64,000 nucleotides of DNA from Pavona decussata (lineage: Eukaryota). Positions 25,501 to 39,310 of the stretch are shown here, one piece after another. The notes beneath the pieces are model-generated. The model was not told where the DNA came from. It ran no database searches and was given only the letters and a program-made list of their open reading frames with translations. The position numbers and the translations under genes are program-made. Location: contig CDRNST010000382.1 in assembly GCA_977016875.1 (NCBI GenBank), positions 1,798,001 to 1,862,000 on the forward strand. Reading direction: 5' to 3'. Every line of letters begins with the position of its first letter. The stretch's first letter is position 1.

Positions 25501-27052
25501 CCTATCTCTATGGCCCTCACGCAGATTAGACCAGCAGTACTCCATTCCATCTCTGACCTGCCGCTTTGTGGCGCGGGTCATTTTGAACGGCTCCTTTGGC
25601 TAGATTTTAGGATGAGAACGACTTTCTCAGTTTTTTTCTTTTCTTTTCTTGATTTTCGCAATTTTAGCTGTTTTAAATGACCGATAATAATCCGCTTATA
25701 TTTTTAATAAGAGTTGTTTTTTCGTCCTCAAGGACCGTATTTTAACTTCCAAATATATTTTTAGTGACGATGCATTGAATTGTAAACAAACTCTGTGAAG
25801 GTCATAACCAATATCATCTCTTATTTTACGCTTTTCTTTCTTTTTTTCTGTCAACTGCGTGGCAACAGAAGTCACTAGGCTATTAAAATTTGATTAAAAA
25901 TAGCAAGCAAATTCGATACACCGACAGGGCGAACTCGGTTGAATGTAAGGGTTGAACTTGTAATGTGAGGGGCGAACTCAAAATGTGGCGCTCGAACAGG
26001 ATGAACTCAACAGGGAGCAAAACCTCCATAACAAGTTTACAGAATAAGCCCACCATGCTTTGATAGCTGACCAAAGAACCTTCGTCTCCATTTTTTTAAC
26101 ATGGCTTGAGGCTGCAAGCCATTTTCTGAAGAGATTGAATTCACTTTCAAGTGTAAAGTGAAACCTCTGGCATGTTGGAGTCATTGTAAACAGTGTGATA
26201 ACAAATCACTGAAGATGACATTTACAAAAACCGGTTGCCATGCCAATTTCATACCATGATGTCTCGTTGTCTCAAATGGAATTGTTTATGCAAGGTGTTG
26301 ATGAAGGAAGTGAAAGTCTTGTTTTACTGTACTTATGCTTAGACTTGAAAATTCGCAGCACTCTTCAAAACAGGCTTCGAAAATTCGAAGTAATCTTTGA
26401 AATCTGGAAAGACTTCCTTCAAAAATTTTGTGAATCTTCTTGAATTGTCGTTCCAATTTTTGCTGGAACGTTGGCATACAATTTCGTAAATATCGAGTCA
26501 TTAACGCTTTTGAAAATTCGCCTTAAGTTCGGCGATAAAAAAATTACTGGCTTTCATCGAAAAAAAAGGTGAAATGTCTCGAAATTCGTAAATTTCACTC
26601 TCATTACTTTTGCACAGTACTGTATAGGTTATTACCTGTATCAGCGACAATGTACTGGAGATCAACGTAAAAATATCACCCACAATTTGGGTATGAAGAG
26701 AGAAAACATTTGCCGTGGTACAGGACCAGTCAACCTTCTCATTGGAATTGACCAAGCCTGCATGCACAAATGTGAAACAAGACAAGCCAGAGCATCTGGT
26801 GGCAAGAAAATGGGTTTTGGGAAGAGCGTAAAAGTAACAAATGATTGAAAAACTATATGTTCACCTTAAACCAGGGCACGGTTGCTTGAAGCCACAATTA
26901 GCGCTAATCCACAATTAAATATGCTAATCGCCGATTAAATCTTAACATCCGATAAGTTCCTGTCGTTCAAAGCCTGATTATCCCCAGCCAACAATTAAAT
27001 AAAGCGTTAAATTTAACCCTGCTCTCTGGGTGGATTCAGTCCTTAATCCGCC

Positions 27053-30000
27053 GAAAAAACCCACACAACAAGAACATCATACATGAATTGCAAGTAGAAA
27101 AATCTCGTCTGAAAAAAATTATGACATATAGGACAAAAGGTGCGATCCTCAGAAGTAAAGTGAGATGGCACGAGGATGGTGAGCGCAATACAAAATACTT
27201 CTATTCCCTGGAAAAACGAAATTACACCAGTAAGGCAATAAAAAGAATAAAAATTGCTGAAAACGTGTACACAGAAGATCAATTCAACATTCTAGATAAA
27301 GAAAAATGCTCCTATGAATCTCTTTACAAAACCAAGAACATAGATACTAAAAATTTAAAAAATTCCCCCTTCTTTCATCTAGAAAACATTACTCCTTTAA
27401 ACGAAGATGAAAGGCTATCCTGTGAAGGTCAAATCACCTCTGAAGAATGCTATAACGCTCTTAAAGTCGGATTTTAAAGTCGGAAAAACTCCCGGTACTG
27501 ACGGATTTCCTGCTGAATTTTATCGCTTCTTCATGCCTGAAATCCATAAAGAAATGACGGAAAGTTTTAATTTTGCGTTTCAATCTCGAAATTTGTCTAT
27601 ATCCTAAAGGAGAGGTATTATCTCACTTATCCCCAAAAAATTTAAAGACAAAACTATGTTAGAGAACTTGCGGCCTATATCGCTCTTAAATGTTGATTAT
27701 AAAATCGTCACTAAAGCCATCGCTCAAAGACTTGAAAAGGTTCTTCAAAGCCTTATAAACCCCGATCAAACTGGTTAGGTGAAGGGCCGTTACATTGGTG
27801 AAAGTGTTCGGCTAATACAAGACATAATAGAGCATACAAACTTGACAGGAAAAAAAAGGGATCGCTATATTTCTAGATTTTAAAAAAGCTTTTGACTCGA
27901 TTGAATGGCCTTACCTCAAAGCCGCCATTAACGTTTTCAATTTTGGACCTGATATCCTAAACTGGATCAACATGTTTTACAATGACGTGTCTAGCTGTGT
28001 ATTAAACAATGGCAACGCTTCCACGTTCTTTCCTCTTCAACACGGTGTACGACAAGGATGTCCTTTATCAGGAGTCCTGTTTGTTCTAGGAATCGAACTT
28101 TTTGGAAGAGCTTTAAAAAACAATCTGTCCATCAAAGGAATTATGGTAAACAATCGTGAAATAAAAGTAACACAATATGCTGATGATACCACTGTTTTCG
28201 TCCGTGATCGAGATTCTGTCGTCCAACTGTTAGACCTCCTTCAAAATTTTAGCCTCCTTTCTGGATTGGAAATAAACACCACTTAAACTGAGACAATGTG
28301 GCTTGGGCAATGGAAAAATAATGAAGACACGCCCTTTGGTTTTAAATGGCCAAAGGAGCCAATACTCTCTCTCGGAATCTTTTTCTCGCACACTTGCGGA
28401 AGAGCTAAATTTTGGTGCTAAAGTCAAGAATTGGAACAAACTTTAAACACCTGGAAAAGATGAAAACTAACGCTCTATGGAAAAATTAACATAGTTAAAA
28501 CACTAGGCCTGTCAAAACTGATATATAACAGGTCTGTTTTAAATGTCCCCAAGCAATACGTAGAACAAATAAATAAGATTACTTTTAATTTCATCTGGGA
28601 CGGCAAGCCCGCCAAAATTAAAGGAAGCACAATCATAGGAGAAAGAACGAAAGGCGGGTTAAAAATGTGCGACTTCGCAATCATGGAGAAAGCTTTGAAA
28701 ATTGCGTGCATTAAAAGAATCCAAAACGAGGTACCCTCCTCTTGAAAAATTATTCCTCATGTTATGGTCCAACAACACGGTAACCTCTTTTTCTTAACCA
28801 GATGCAATTACGATCTTAAGATGCTCTCGCTGGAAAACCTTTCCCCTTTCTACCGTTCAATTCTGTTGTATTGGCATGACTTCAAAAAGTCGAAGAAAAA
28901 TGAGGTAGACTTTAACCCATTACGCACCGTGCCGGCCAAAACCGGCCGCGATTTTGGGCGCATTTGCGCGCACTCCACGATTTGAGCCTACCTCCCCTAG
29001 AAGGGAATTTTTTGTCCCCTATTGTTCTCATTGTCTTCAGAAAGGACTGACCAATCAGAATCCACTTACTGCGCATATATTTTTAGGTCTTAGGGGGGCC
29101 CAGATAAAAAAACCTTTTTGCCTTTAGGAATTGGTGTCCTATTTCAATTTTTGTTGCCTCGTGGGCCGCGCAGCTAAATTTTAAGTCGCCGATTTTCGCT
29201 TTTTCCGAAAGAAAACACACCTTTTCGAAATGGTAAATTGAAAGAAGAACTGCTAAGGAATACTCAACAGTTTCGACAGCGAAAATCCGAGAAATAACGG
29301 CGAAGAAATTGCGCTTCGAGTACGAATTGTTGTTTTATCCAGGCGACGAGCGAGCGGACAGCTCAAATCATTGTTCAAGCCACGGACTTTCCGCAAAATT
29401 TTAGAGCACTTCTGGACATTCAACAGCCAAAAAATTACAGGTTTGATTGTGAATTTGTACTGAAATACTACTCTAATTGATCGATTCTTTGTACTCTGAA
29501 CAGTTTTTGCGAAATATTTGAAAAGCGTGCCCCGCACAGGTCGATAAATTCGCTTCGAATTGGACTTGTTCTTCCTTCAAATCGCTTGCGCGTCGCTCGT
29601 CTCGCATTTATAATTATACGCGTTTCTTTCTAAGGCGTAAACAAAGACTTTTCTGAATAAATTTTTAATTTAAAAAAGCTTTCTGTGTGTTTTTCTTTCT
29701 ATTTTTATTGAGAAAACGTGACAACTGTGTAATCTTGCGTAAACAAACACATGCTCTCGAGACTGATCAAATTTCACCCACGTGACGCGCGGATCAAATT
29801 ACATCGAAATTTCGGAAATTTTTACCCTCAAGTTTGTTTTTTGGAAAATTTTTAATTGGCAACTAGGGTATTTTATTCCATAATTAGTAATTTTAACTAT
29901 CTTAGACCAAAGGGGTGTTGTTTTTTTTGCCCTGTAAGTTATGTTTTTTTACTGCACATGGGGTAGGAAATAACCACTTTGCCAATTTTGCTGACTTTTG

Positions 30001-31253
30001 GAAAACCTCTGGAAACGGCTGGTGCTTAATGGGTTAAAAATGAAATGCTTTGGAACAATCGCAATATTTTAATTGATAAGAAACCGAATTTTTACAAAAG
30101 ATGGTTTTCCTACAACATCGTCTACGTACGTGATTTATTTAACAGACACCGAAATCTCTGCAGCTACTCTGAGTTTAAGACTTTGTATAACCTACAGGTG
30201 CCCTTTACAACATTTTATGGTTTGTTAGATGCCATTCCATCTTTGTGGAAAAAACAATACCTCTGCAGAATCACACCAACGCTGAAGAAAACTCCGTCAC
30301 AAACTTGTCCACTAACTCTATCTACTCGTCAATCTTACTGGATACATTTGAACCACCAACCTCCCAAAATAAAATTTTGAGACATGGCTTTACCGAAAAA
30401 ACACTTGACAAAGTATACCAGTTACCGTTTAAAATTACAAAAGAGGTCAAACTAGTGATGTTTCAGTATAAAATTATACATAACATACTACCCACCCAAT
30501 TTAGCTTACACCGCGATGGAATAGCCGAAAGTGACATCTGTCCTCTCTGCAAAAATGAGAGACAAACCTTATACCACTTGTTCGTCCTCTGCACCGAAGT
30601 GCACTCTTTCTGGAATACATTTCAAGACTGGTGGCTACAAAAGACCCATGATAAGCTTTCTTTAAATCAAAGTAATTTACTTTATGGCTTTTTCGAAAAA
30701 TCTGCATATTGGCAGGCTTTAAACTACTCAATACTCATAGCAAAATACCACATCTTCTGTACAAGCAAAGGCGGGAGTTTACTGAGCTTCCAGGGCTTCC
30801 TTTTACGACTTTCCGATAAAATTCAGACTCTACAACAGATTGCTGTCGCTAATGAGTGTTTGTCAAATTTTAGACTTAGATGGGCATTTCTTCTTCCTTA
30901 AAAATTGCTTTATATAACTACATATTTTTTCTTTTAATTTAGTAAGAATCTTTAGCAGTTGCTTTCTAGCTTGATCATTTCACATTCACTGTAAACTTTG
31001 TAAAAATTGTATTTGATGTAAAGTAATGTTTTGTTAGTAAAATACGAAAAAGTGTTCACTAAAAGACAAAGCGTTATTCCTGTAAGTAGTGTGAACATTG
31101 TAAGCACTTTTAGTTTTTTAAGTATAGTAAGTATTGTTAACAAAGTAGATATAGTCGTTATGGTTAATACTCTGTGTATTGTAAGTAATGTTATTAGTGC
31201 TCAGTTTTGTAAATCTCATGTCATGTATGCAAATAAAAATTGTTAAAAAAAAA
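27053..31253 (+). mobile_element. 5'-truncated, decayed L1/Tx1 LINE (ORF2 RT and C-terminus), interrupted at 28912
   Basis: GAILRSKVRWHEDGERNTKYF, KTPGTDG, GVRQGCPLS, QYADD, CPLCKNERQTLYHLFVLC; several stops and frameshifts; AATAAA at 31232 then A tail. Confidence 0.9.
28916..30033. mobile_element. Non-autonomous piggyBac-type element (1118 bp)
   Basis: TTAA|CCCATTACGCACC ... GGTGCTTAATGGG|TTAA. Removing it restores the LINE frame (EVDF-KNEMLWNN). Confidence 0.9.
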
Positions 31254-31789
31254 TGAATATCTACCTTAAATTTTCATATCAAAACAACACAACACACAAG
31301 AGAATTGAAAACAACGTTTAAAAAATATTTTTTAGAAACTGATTATCGTTCCTTAATTCTGTACCGTGTCTCACTGCATGAAATTATGGGTACTTGTTGT
31401 CCCTTATTTAGGTTGTACACAATCAATACACAAAAGTCGTATACCTAAAATATGAGGACGTTGGTATGAAGTATAAGATGGATCGAAAGTTTTGAACAAA
31501 TACAGTAAACATACGCATATAGGAACCTATGATTTCGGGTTTCAGGTAGATCAAGTACTTATTTACCGGGCGCTTAGTGAGAAATCAGCCTGAAATTGTT
31601 CTCAAAATTTGTTTCAGAACTACTATACATGATACATTACTAGAGGTTTAAGTAACATACCATGTTTTATTACTTACACTAATAGATAAATTTCAAATAA
31701 AAAAGAAATAAAAACAGTACTATTACTAAATAAGAAAAAATAAAAAAAGAAACAAAATGGTGGATTTGTGGTATGGGTGTTGATGTGCG

Positions 31790-32310
31790 AGAAGAGAGGA
31801 AACAAAGACAGTTTAGGCACATCGGGTTTACGAATTGATGGATACACGGATAAAGAACTACGAGCAAGGTAGCGCCTTTGGAAACATTCCATACTGTACA
31901 TTACCAACCTTTTGGCAGAGAATCTGGCACCTTTTGGCAGACAACCAACCAAAATCACCTTCCATCCCCTCTTCAACAAGTCCTAATTTCTCTGCGCTTT
32001 TACGCAAGTGGCACCCTTTCTTCAAGTGGTGGGAGACACCATTAGCATTGATAAGTCGACAATGTCACGAGTGGTGACGAATGTATCTCTTGCACTTCTG
32101 CGAAACAACAAGAGTACATCAAGTGGCCAAAAGAACAGCCAGAGGTCAGCAATGCAAAAACGGCCTTTTACCAGCGAGGAGGATTCCCGTTATCGGATGC
32201 GTCGATGGCATGCATATCAGAATCCAAGCACCCAACAAAAATGAGGATAACTATGAAAAACCAAAAGGTTTCCTTTCATCAATGTCCAAGGAATACGTAA
32301 CCATGAAGGC
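31790..32310 (+). pseudogene. Harbinger/PIF (HARBI1-like) transposase fragment
   Basis: FYASG..QVVGDTISIDKSTMSRVV, FPVIGCVDGMHIRIQAP and KGF.SINVQG, with frameshifts. Confidence 0.8.
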
Positions 32311-32805
32311 AAGTGATGCTAGTTTTAAAATCATAGCTTACATTGCGAAATGGACGACCATTGCACTTGCACCCAAAAATGACTTTAGTTAACCTTCATG
32401 TAACATACAATCAATTACACTTTGCCCTGAAAGTAAGATTATCCAAATACTAACCGCGTGTAAACAAAGCTAGTACATATCATTTAAATTATACTAAACA
32501 TTGGTCACATTCCTACTGATTGATTGCCGTGATCATTTCACCAAAATGCAATCTTGTAAAACAGTAATTCCATAGTTTTTAAATTTTTGATTTAACGTAA
32601 CTATTTTGTAAATTACTGAATAATTTTTTACCAAGTTAAAATAATGTATGTATAAAGTGGCAACTTTATTAGTTAACATGTTTACCAAATGGTCATTCAT
32701 GTGCGCCAAGGAGCAGTTGTGTTCTCCTTTATCAATTTAGCGCCAGCCATTTTGTTCGCTGAATCATAACCAGGCATGAGGGAAAAACGTGGGAACCGAC
32801 AAACT

Positions 32806-32946
32806 CCTGTTCACACCAGTGCCTGTGCCCAGGAACGGTGCCCAAGCACAGTGCCCAGATTTTTGCTTGGGCACCCACAAAAAGCTCTGTTCAGACTAGT
32901 GCTTGTGCCCGAGAACCAGGAACAGGGACCTAGTCTGAAAGGGGCC
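32806..32946. mobile_element. Partial Harbinger-like MITE
   Basis: GTGCCCA/TGGGCAC internal repeats; ends CTAGTCTGAAAGGGGCC. Confidence 0.4.
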
Positions 32947-34000
32947 ATAGACACAGTTATACAGATTGACTCCCTAGGCCTCACTGCACACCCAGAAAAA
33001 TTGGTCTTCAACCCTTCCCAACAACTGGTAATTCTGGGTTTTGTAGCCAATTCGGTCACTATGACCATAACGCTAACTAGGGAAAAGGCATTGGCACTCC
33101 AAGATGCATGTAAGGCGCTCTTAGACACCCCTTCTCCAACTATAAGAGAAGTTGCTTGTGTCTTCGGGAAGATAGTTTCTTCTTTTCCGGGGGTAATGTA
33201 CGTCCCTCTCCACGATCACCACACAGAACAAGACAAAAATTTGCGCCTTATGGAACAATCTGTGGAATTGTAATAGAAATGTCTTTTTCTGAGGGCGAAA
33301 TCAGAGCTTGATTGGTGGGTAGTTAATGTGATGACATCCACGAATAATGTCATGACTCGGGATGGAACAGTGTGCGCGCTAACAACAAATGCCTCTGATG
33401 AAGGCTGGGGAGCAGTGTATGAAACAAAGACAACAGGAGGCCTCTGGTCCTCAGACGAAAAGAGACACCACATAAACTACCTTGAACTCCTAGCCATTTT
33501 TCTGGGCTTAAAAGCTTTCTGTAGTGCGCCCAGTCATATGCATATTAGCCTCAAGATGGATAACATTAACCACACAGGAATGAGCCATTCCGAACAATAG
33601 CACACATTGAATAATGAAATTTGAGACTGGTGCATATCAAGCAACGTTTGGTTTAGCATCGCACATATTGCAGGGAAATGTAATGTTGATCACAATTAAT
33701 CAAGAAGTTGCAATTTATACCAGAAATTGATTTGTTTGTTTCTCATCTAAACTACAGTTATGTGCTGTACCATGCTGCCCCACGAGCAATAGCCATTTAT
33801 ACAATTTCCATTCCCTGGAGTGGTAAAAAATTTTATGCTTTTCCTCCCTTTAGTGTCATAACTTCCTTTCTAAGGAAGATACAGGAGGACAGCACCAAAG
33901 GAATATGCCTGCTGCCAAACTGGCCGATGCAACTGTGGTTTCCAAAAGCAATGCAAATGATCTCAAGACCACCAGTCAAGTATAAAGCCCCCAAGACGCA
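32947..34000 (+). pseudogene. DIRS1-like retrotransposon fragment (RT C-terminus, RNase H, adenine-methyltransferase-like domain)
   Basis: HPEKLVFNPSQQLVILGF, LTTNASDEGWGA, HINYLELLA, IAHIAGKCNV, PEIDLFVS, FYAFPPFS, LPNWPMQLWF. Confidence 0.85.
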
Positions 34001-34329
34001 GATGTCTCTGTTCTCCTTGTTTTATTATAACAGAGAGGTGCACCTATTTTTTGAAGGTGAGAAAGGGGCAAGTGGTGGCACCAGAAATGACACCAAACTT
34101 CCAAACCGGGGGACATTCGAGACACTGAAAAACTGTGTGGAATATTACGTTCAAAGGAAGATGAGTAACAAAGTCATATAAAACAACTTATTACAAGCGT
34201 TGGAGGGAAAAGAGTGTTGTATGCCATGATGGTGACAGTCATATTTCTGTCTTGCTGGATGAATATCCTTTGAGATAACCCAGTGGCAAAAAAGAGTGAG
34301 AAGTACAATGTACTTTGACTTTGGTTTGG

Positions 34330-34730
34330 ATGATAAAGATAAGCCAAAGTGCTTATTTCAGTTGAATAAAATCCATTTTCGTCTCCTTTTCACAGCTTCT
34401 GATCTTGTATCACCGTAGAAGGGAATTTGGTGGATGTAAATCCCCCTTTTTCTCGTCTCTCGTCGCTACAGCCGAACACAAGACAAGGCAGCACCATGTT
34501 TTCTTCCTTCGCACAAGAAAAACACTGAAACCCGCAAAAGCAGCATTCTTGTATTGGCGTCACAGGTCCACTATCCCTAGGCTCCCGCCTTGCGTGGTTA
34601 AATTTCACGTCTTTGACCGCCTCAAACGAGGGGAAGAAAAATCGATAACGAGTTAATTTTTTCGATTTTCATACGAGAACGACATGAAGATTCGATCAAG
34701 CAAATAAAAAAAATCCGTCATATACACTTT
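34330..34730 (-). pseudogene. Possible THAP start next to a Kolobok-like terminus
   Basis: MVLPCLVFGCS.. on the minus strand; sequence ends CCGTCATATACACT|TTAA near 34730; partner end not found. Confidence 0.3.
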
Positions 34731-37700
34731 AAATCAAGACATTTTTTAATTTAATCTAATGATTCACCAAAATCATTCATTCTTTTTTATTCAATTTAAT
34801 CTCTTAAAAATAAAATATGTTATAATAATACATAGCCGGGAAACCCACAATTTCGACTTTTACAACCTCTGGAGACCATTGTTTTTAACTCAGCACTTTT
34901 TTCTCTTTTTATCTCTAACCAAATTATATTTAGGGAATCAATTTTGAATCGTTCTTACATAAAACAATTTTGAATCTTGTTGAATATAAGATTTGGAAAA
35001 TCAAAATCACAATTCAGTCACTTGATTAGTGTCTTACATGTTAAAAGAAATGTTTGGAATACATGCGTATTTATCTTGCAAGAGATCCGTTTAATTATTC
35101 CATTGTGTGACATTCTCAGAAAAACAGGTAGTTGATGATCACATTGTATTGGACTTTCCTGCTTATGTCTTAATTTAGTCTATTGTTTCCAAGGTCATAT
35201 GATTGTCATATGTCAGGAAGTTGTTGCCTATGAAATAGAATTTTTACTCGCCTTGATTCATCAAGCGTATCCAACAATTGTGGTAGATCGGGTGACCCAA
35301 AAACATCTGGCCAATAGTGAAGAACGGGTTTAGCTTCCTCAGATTTGCTGTCATTTAGCAGTTCAACTGCATAATCTCGCTGTAGACAACAATTTGAATA
35401 CAACTTCATCAAATAATCAGCAAATAACCGGACCTTGTCATTCAAAAAAGCCACATTTCAGTAGTAAACCCATCAATTATTTCCTCATCTACATCTTTCT
35501 CATAACCAGTGTCATAAGTATCTTCCCAGTCCATATCATCATCAAACGAATCAGATATACTTGTTTGACTCTCAGCCATTCTAAAGGTTTAACTAAATTT
35601 TACATCTGGTGCTTGATTTATTGTCTTGGTTTTTGGATTTACTTTTTGACGCCGTCACCTGTTACACTGACATCATCACCTCGCATCCGCTCCCTCATGC
35701 GTGACTCATATTCCACTCACATTAGGTCAAAGCATCACAAACAAATTTCATCGCTTGAAACAAATTTCTTCACTTTTTAAACAGTATAATATCGTTCGTT
35801 ATTTCCTCGTTTCATGTTGTGTATATCATTCGTTTTCATTAAGAAATGCCTGTGAAATGCAGAGGTCGAGGTTGCAAGCGTTCTTCTGCCGAAAGCTTCG
35901 TAGAAAAACTTCGCCAAGAGGTAGATCGTTCCTTATCAGCTGAGAATGGTGTTCTGGAAGCCTTCTGTAAATTGTTTTCAACGCAGCTGAATATGGATTG
36001 AATCAAGTGTCTGCCATCCAAAGTACTAGCTCTTCATTTGTCAGCGATGTATTAGCAATGTGTGGTGTCTTTCGTCTCCTCGTCCATGGCTGAGCTGCGT
36101 TCTTCCCGTATCCATTCATACTGAGACAGTGGGCAAGTTCACAGGACTTTCCTTGAACGAGGCGAGTATTATCTTCCCATTCGTCATTTGGCAGTTTTAT
36201 AATACCTCTAAGCCACTTATTTAACTTAAGACTATCGATGAAACAAAAGGTCCATTCAAAAATCGGGAAACTAAGAAAAGTAAACGATGTTTTTACGGGC
36301 TTCCCTTCTTTATGAGGCTTGTTCGGTCATTGAGAAGGCCAGACCTTGCTGCAGTCTCGATAACAGCTGTGTGGAAAATGGCGTCCCTCTACTGTTGACT
36401 CCGCTGTGTGGTTTATGTTCAATGTGCAACCGTACGATAACGGAACACAACAGACCCATTGATGTTTTGGTTTATGGCCTCTGTGTAAAGGCGAATGGCC
36501 TGAAGTTTTGCCTTCGCTGTGATCCATGCGACGTCAATTATAATTACGATTGATATGGCAACAGGACTAGTGGCTGGAGTTTGTATGAAGAGAGCAGACC
36601 TTTAGTGGAGGCTACCGATGTCTGCTTTCTTGATAGGAAGCTCCTGGAATTCTAGTGCACTTTGGCGTGAGTTTTTTATTCATTTGTTAAAAGGTTTAAG
36701 GTGACTACCAAGAGTTTTAACAAAAAAGATCTACACTAACTATCATGAGTTGCAAAAGCGTAATTTTCTTGTCTGGCAAATTTTGTTTCACGAGATTTAT
36801 CAGTACAGTGTAAGGATGCTTATCTATATTTTGAGCTTCCTTCGGTGAAATATTTTTAAACTTTGCTATATTGTAGAAATGGTTAACTGCAACATTGAAG
36901 GAAAAAACATAGGGTCGTTCAGACGGTTTTTCCAATATCACGCATTTTCATATATTTATCTATTAAACTTAATCGCCCTGACAGATTTTTTTCCAAAACG
37001 AATTTATCAAAGGCAGCGTTTGTGTCTCAAAATTTGCGAAGTTTTTTAAAAATTCGCTGAAGGCAACGTAAGAGCATCCACTGTTAATTTTCCTTTTTTT
37101 GCTTTTAATCGTAAAATACCTACGTTTTCATAGTTCACCAAAGTTTGCATCATCAGCGTGTGCAGCTATAAAACTGTATGAAGCTACGTTAACCTTATAA
37201 AAGATTACATTTTTCTCTATGTTTGTGTGCAGTTAACCTTTTTTTTATTGTGCGCTTTGGTTTAATTTTTTATAGTTACCGCCAATTATAATTGTTCCTT
37301 TGTTCTCCGCCTCGTTTTTCTTAAGAAATTGATCACATGCATTTTAGAACCAAAACAACACGTCACGAGAAACCTTGCAGAACATGACAAGACCCTTCAT
37401 CAGTCTAAAAAATATTTCGTAAGTAAACATACCTGTCCAAGGTCATTGCCAGCAGTGTACACACTGGAAGGGCACTCATGAGTTGGAAAATTCAGGTGTT
37501 ATGCACAACACTTGCCAGAACCTGATTGACTAATTTTTCGTTTTTCTTACTCAATTGAGAAAAGCACCCATTAGATGTTTGTAAACCTCACTTAAAAAGA
37601 GGGCTCCACTTGTCAATAATGCCACTTGTCACTAGAGATACACACAGTCACAGGACATAACTCACCATATATTCTACCACCTAATTATTTTTTCCTGTAT

Positions 37701-38090
37701 ATGGTGCGCCGTATGGAGAAGAGTGAATAGAGGGGGCATTTTACTGGGAGGAAAATTTTATTAGCAAACAGGAAGGCTTATAATTGGGGAGGGAGTTGGG
37801 GGCCTCATAACTGAGAGGCTTATATCACAGTTCATCATCTTTACAAAATATCGATGGTGAATATTTCCCAGCCATGTCAAGGTCATTTCTTGTAGTGGTT
37901 TTTGTAAGCCGTTCTGTTACTTGAACAGTATTTCAAGATTTACTTTTTGCTTGGCATAAAAATATGTTATTCGCAGCAATCAGGGCAACACATTGTATTT
38001 TATTATTATACAAAATTGGTCCAACAGATTCAGGCATACCTACCATATTTTTAGCATTTGGTATGGTCCAACTAGCTGCCCATGGCACCA

Positions 38091-38430
38091 GCAGACGTTG
38101 TAGCCACCAACGAGAGGGAACAGGCAGACATTGTGGCCACCAACACGAGGGCACCGACAGGCATTGTGGCCACAAACACGGGGGCACCCGCAGACATTGT
38201 GGCCACCAACACGAGGGCGCCGACAGACATTGTGGCCACCAACACAGGGGCCTCGGCAGACATTATGGCCACCAACACAGGGGCCTCGGCAGACATTATG
38301 GCCACCAACACGAGGGCACCAGCAAACATTATGGCCACCAACACAGGGGCACCAGTAGACATTGTGGCCACCAACAGGAAGGCAGCGGCGGACATTGTGG
38401 CCACCAACACGGGGGCCTCTGCAGACATAC
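38091..38430. repeat. 33-bp minisatellite, about 10 copies
   Basis: Unit approximately GCAGACATTGTGGCCACCAACACGGGGGCACCG; stop-free in several frames. Confidence 0.95.
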
Positions 38431-38476
38431 TTGACACAAAAAAAGAGTGGCTGATAGTATACAATTATACTGTATA

Positions 38477-38733
38477 CAGCTGTTTCGACAAAGGTTGTCC
38501 AAAAAAGCGTAAAAGCGTACGGGACAATGCCGAAAGGTAGTCTGGGAAATACGTAATAAATTTCAATAAAAGCTCAGAATCCATAATGCCTCAACCGTAC
38601 AGGGAAGATTTGAAATGACGGGCAATATGGATTCTGAGGTTTATCGAAATTTATTGGTATTTCGCAGACTACCTTTCGGCACTGTTGCGTACGCTTTTAC
38701 GCTTTTCTTGGACAACCTTTGTCGAAACAGCTG
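38477..38733. mobile_element. Palindromic Tc1/mariner-type MITE
   Basis: TA|CAGCTGTTTCGACAAAGGTTGTCC ... GGACAACCTTTGTCGAAACAGCTG|TA, with arms of about 115 bp. Confidence 0.85.
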
Positions 38734-38970
38734 TATACATTTAGTTCTGCTAATTCAAAAATGTATTAACTAATTCTTCAATTATTTTAGGTACTGCACT
38801 ACTTGCAAAGCAAGCCTCTCAGTTATTATCCCCCCTGGTTATAAGCCCCCCGATTATAATCTCACCTGTATGCTAATAGGAATTTCCACCCGGTAAAATC
38901 CCCACTCTATTCATTCTTCTCCATACGGGGTACCATATAGAGGAAAAAATAATTAGGTGGTAGAATCTAT

Positions 38971-39310
38971 GGTGAGTTACGTCTTGTGACGGCGAGTTAC
39001 ATCTCGTGACGGTGTGTAACATCTAGTGACGGCAAGTTGCGTCTTGTGACGCTGAGTTACATCTTGTGACGGTGTGTAACGTTTAGTGACAATGAGTTAA
39101 AACTGGTGAAGGTGTGTAACGTCTAGTGACGGTAAGTCATGTCTTGTGACGGTGTCTAATGTTTTGTGATGGCGAGTTACATATTATAACGGTGTGTAAC
39201 AACTAGTGACAGTAAGTTACGTCTTGTGATTGTGAGTTATGTCTAGTGACGGTGTGTAACGTCTTGTGATGGTGAGTTACATCTTGTGACGGTGTGTAAC
39301 GTCTTGTGTT
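38971..39310. repeat. 20-bp tandem repeat, about 17 copies
   Basis: Unit GGTG(T/A)GT(A/T)ACGTCTTGTGAC at strict 20-bp period. Confidence 0.95.

Larger units (their letters stand above)
37610..39030. repeat. Inverted repeat pair of about 200 bp (37610-37821 versus 38812-39030)
   Basis: TAACTCACCATATATTCTACCACCTAATTATTTTTTCCT..CCGTATGGAGAAGA..ATAACTGAGAGGCTT is mirrored on the right. Confidence 0.8.

Noticed and set aside
25880-26800. Short ORFs as host exons
   Set aside because: No recognisable domain or consistent splice chain.
35200-37300. Minus-strand ORF fragments, including a possible ankyrin-like GHSPLH stretch
   Set aside because: Too decayed; no convincing domain could be assigned by eye.
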